DNA of 44,793 nucleotides from Thraustochytrium aureum (lineage: Eukaryota): NCBI GenBank assembly GCA_012862495.1, contig BLSG01000377.1, positions 1 through 44,793 of the forward strand. Direction: 5' to 3'. The notes beneath the pieces were generated by a model. It saw only the letters and a program-made list of their open reading frames with translations. It was not told the origin of the DNA and ran no database searches. The position numbers and the translations under genes were made by a program. Of this stretch, positions 43,502-44,793 are shown piece by piece. Position 1 is the stretch's first letter. Every line of letters begins with the position of its first letter.

Positions 43502-44793
43502 ATGAGGGCTCTCCTTGGGGCGGGCGCTGCCCTGGCTCTCGTTCACAGCACTCACGGTCAGGCTTTCGTGTCCAAGCCTGGGCACACCCTGGCCATCGGT
43601 GTGGAGGCAAATGGCGCTCTTGTTCACATGGACAACCTTTTGGAAAAGCCGTGGGAACGGCCTGGCCTGCGCTACATCTCACCGGAAGGCGCGCAATGGT
43701 ACAATTTCTTTCATGACGAGGCCATCAACTTGGGGAACGGCGGCGAGACCTGGGGCGTCGCGTCCACGAACGTCGACCCTGTGTACGTGACCTCCTCCTC
43801 TCAGCTCGTGAATGGCGCCGTCACGCAATTCACCTACAACGACAAGGCGGTCAACTCTCAAGTCACCGGCCAGTCGTCGCCCCTGGTTATCACGCACAAG
43901 TACTACCCGTCAGAGGCTTCGCCCAACGTGTACGAAATCGCGATCACCATCGCCAACATCGGCAACATCAACGTCACCGGAGTCACGTACACCCGCATTC
44001 AGGACTGGGACGTGCAAGACGGAGGTTTGCTGCCGCAATACACGGCGCGCCTTTCCGTCACCGGCTCAGCCAACCTCGATAAAGGCGCCGTCATCAAGGA
44101 CAGGGAAAACGGCTTTAAATCTCTGTTCTACGACTGCAAGCCGATCCCTTCGAAATTCAACGATTGCAAGAAAGTCAGCGGAACGATTGACACAGACTTC
44201 TCACCCACGATCACAGGCCACTACGGGTACCTTTCCCGTGTCGCCCTTGGAGACCTCGCGCCGGGCAAGTCGATAACGTTCACCGCCTTCTTCGCTGCGA
44301 CTGCCGGCTCAGCCCAGCTCCTGTCTGCGATGGACGACATCGAGCCCGACTTCTTCGTCAGTGCTGCTCCAGTTTCGACGATCTCGCACGGCAAACCACG
44401 TGTATTCGCCTTTGGGTACAAGGAGCTCCCGCTGCCCGTGCCTCTTAATGGCGGCTCGTTTGTTCAAGCGCTCCTCGACGAAATCAACGCAGAGAAGTTT
44501 GGCGTCTTGTGCGACTCTCTCGAATTTTTCGACTCGAGCCTCACCACCTTCGACTACGTCGAGAACGGCGCCTCGGATTGCTCAGCTTGCGGCCGCAGCT
44601 TTGACCTGCTATTCTGGACGTACCGACCTCCACTCCGGAACCGCTTCAGAAGCAAAAACTCGACTTTATGCCCAAGACTCTTGGCGGCTTTGAGGCTGAC
44701 GATGTTGTGTGCTCCAGCTCTCACGTCATGGCGATCAAGGCTGACACCGTGAGCGATGTGTCGCCAGAGTATGTCACCGCGCCACTCCAGCAT
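43502..44793 (+). CDS. Secreted protein with bacterial-like beta-rich extracellular domain; probably continues past the window
   Basis: Signal peptide MRALLGAGAALALVHSTHG; motifs LAIGV..GLRY..E.WGVA..ITHKYYPS..PNVYEIAITIAN..YTRIQDWDV. One extra C near 44605 keeps the frame open to the edge (FDPAILDVPTSTPEPLQ...). Confidence 0.7.

Noticed and set aside
1..44793. tRNA or rRNA genes and prokaryotic operon structure
   Set aside because: No cloverleaf or rRNA signature was recognised by eye, and the gene set is eukaryotic.

Overview
Eukaryotic, GC-rich, intron-poor genomic window with 13 N-gaps. Gene content and architecture (CEP44, kinesin, GAF-PDE, PT-repeat secreted proteins) are compatible with a flagellated protist such as a labyrinthulomycete/thraustochytrid stramenopile; that assignment is inference only. 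Gene order: a large minus-strand gene (5332->~1209) with DUF3505/OrsD-like zinc fingers, a tyrosine-recombinase-like region resembling the N-terminal half of fungal telomere-linked RecQ helicases, and a probable spliced-on Myb-like domain; GAF-GAF phosphodiesterase; RRP36; histidine acid phosphatase with an inserted EF-hand; four-domain cysteine-dioxygenase-type protein; divergent kinesin; CEP44; CAMK-like kinase; UDP-GlcNAc pyrophosphorylase; PH-SAM protein; astacin protease with a ricin-B-like domain inside its catalytic domain; an ankyrin/TPR relic; and a secreted protein with a bacterial-like domain. Several genes are split in the ORF track by single-base indels, mostly in homopolymers, which look like sequencing errors. 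The best candidate for an undescribed system is the tyrosine-recombinase-like gene. All family calls come from motif recognition by eye, not from searches.
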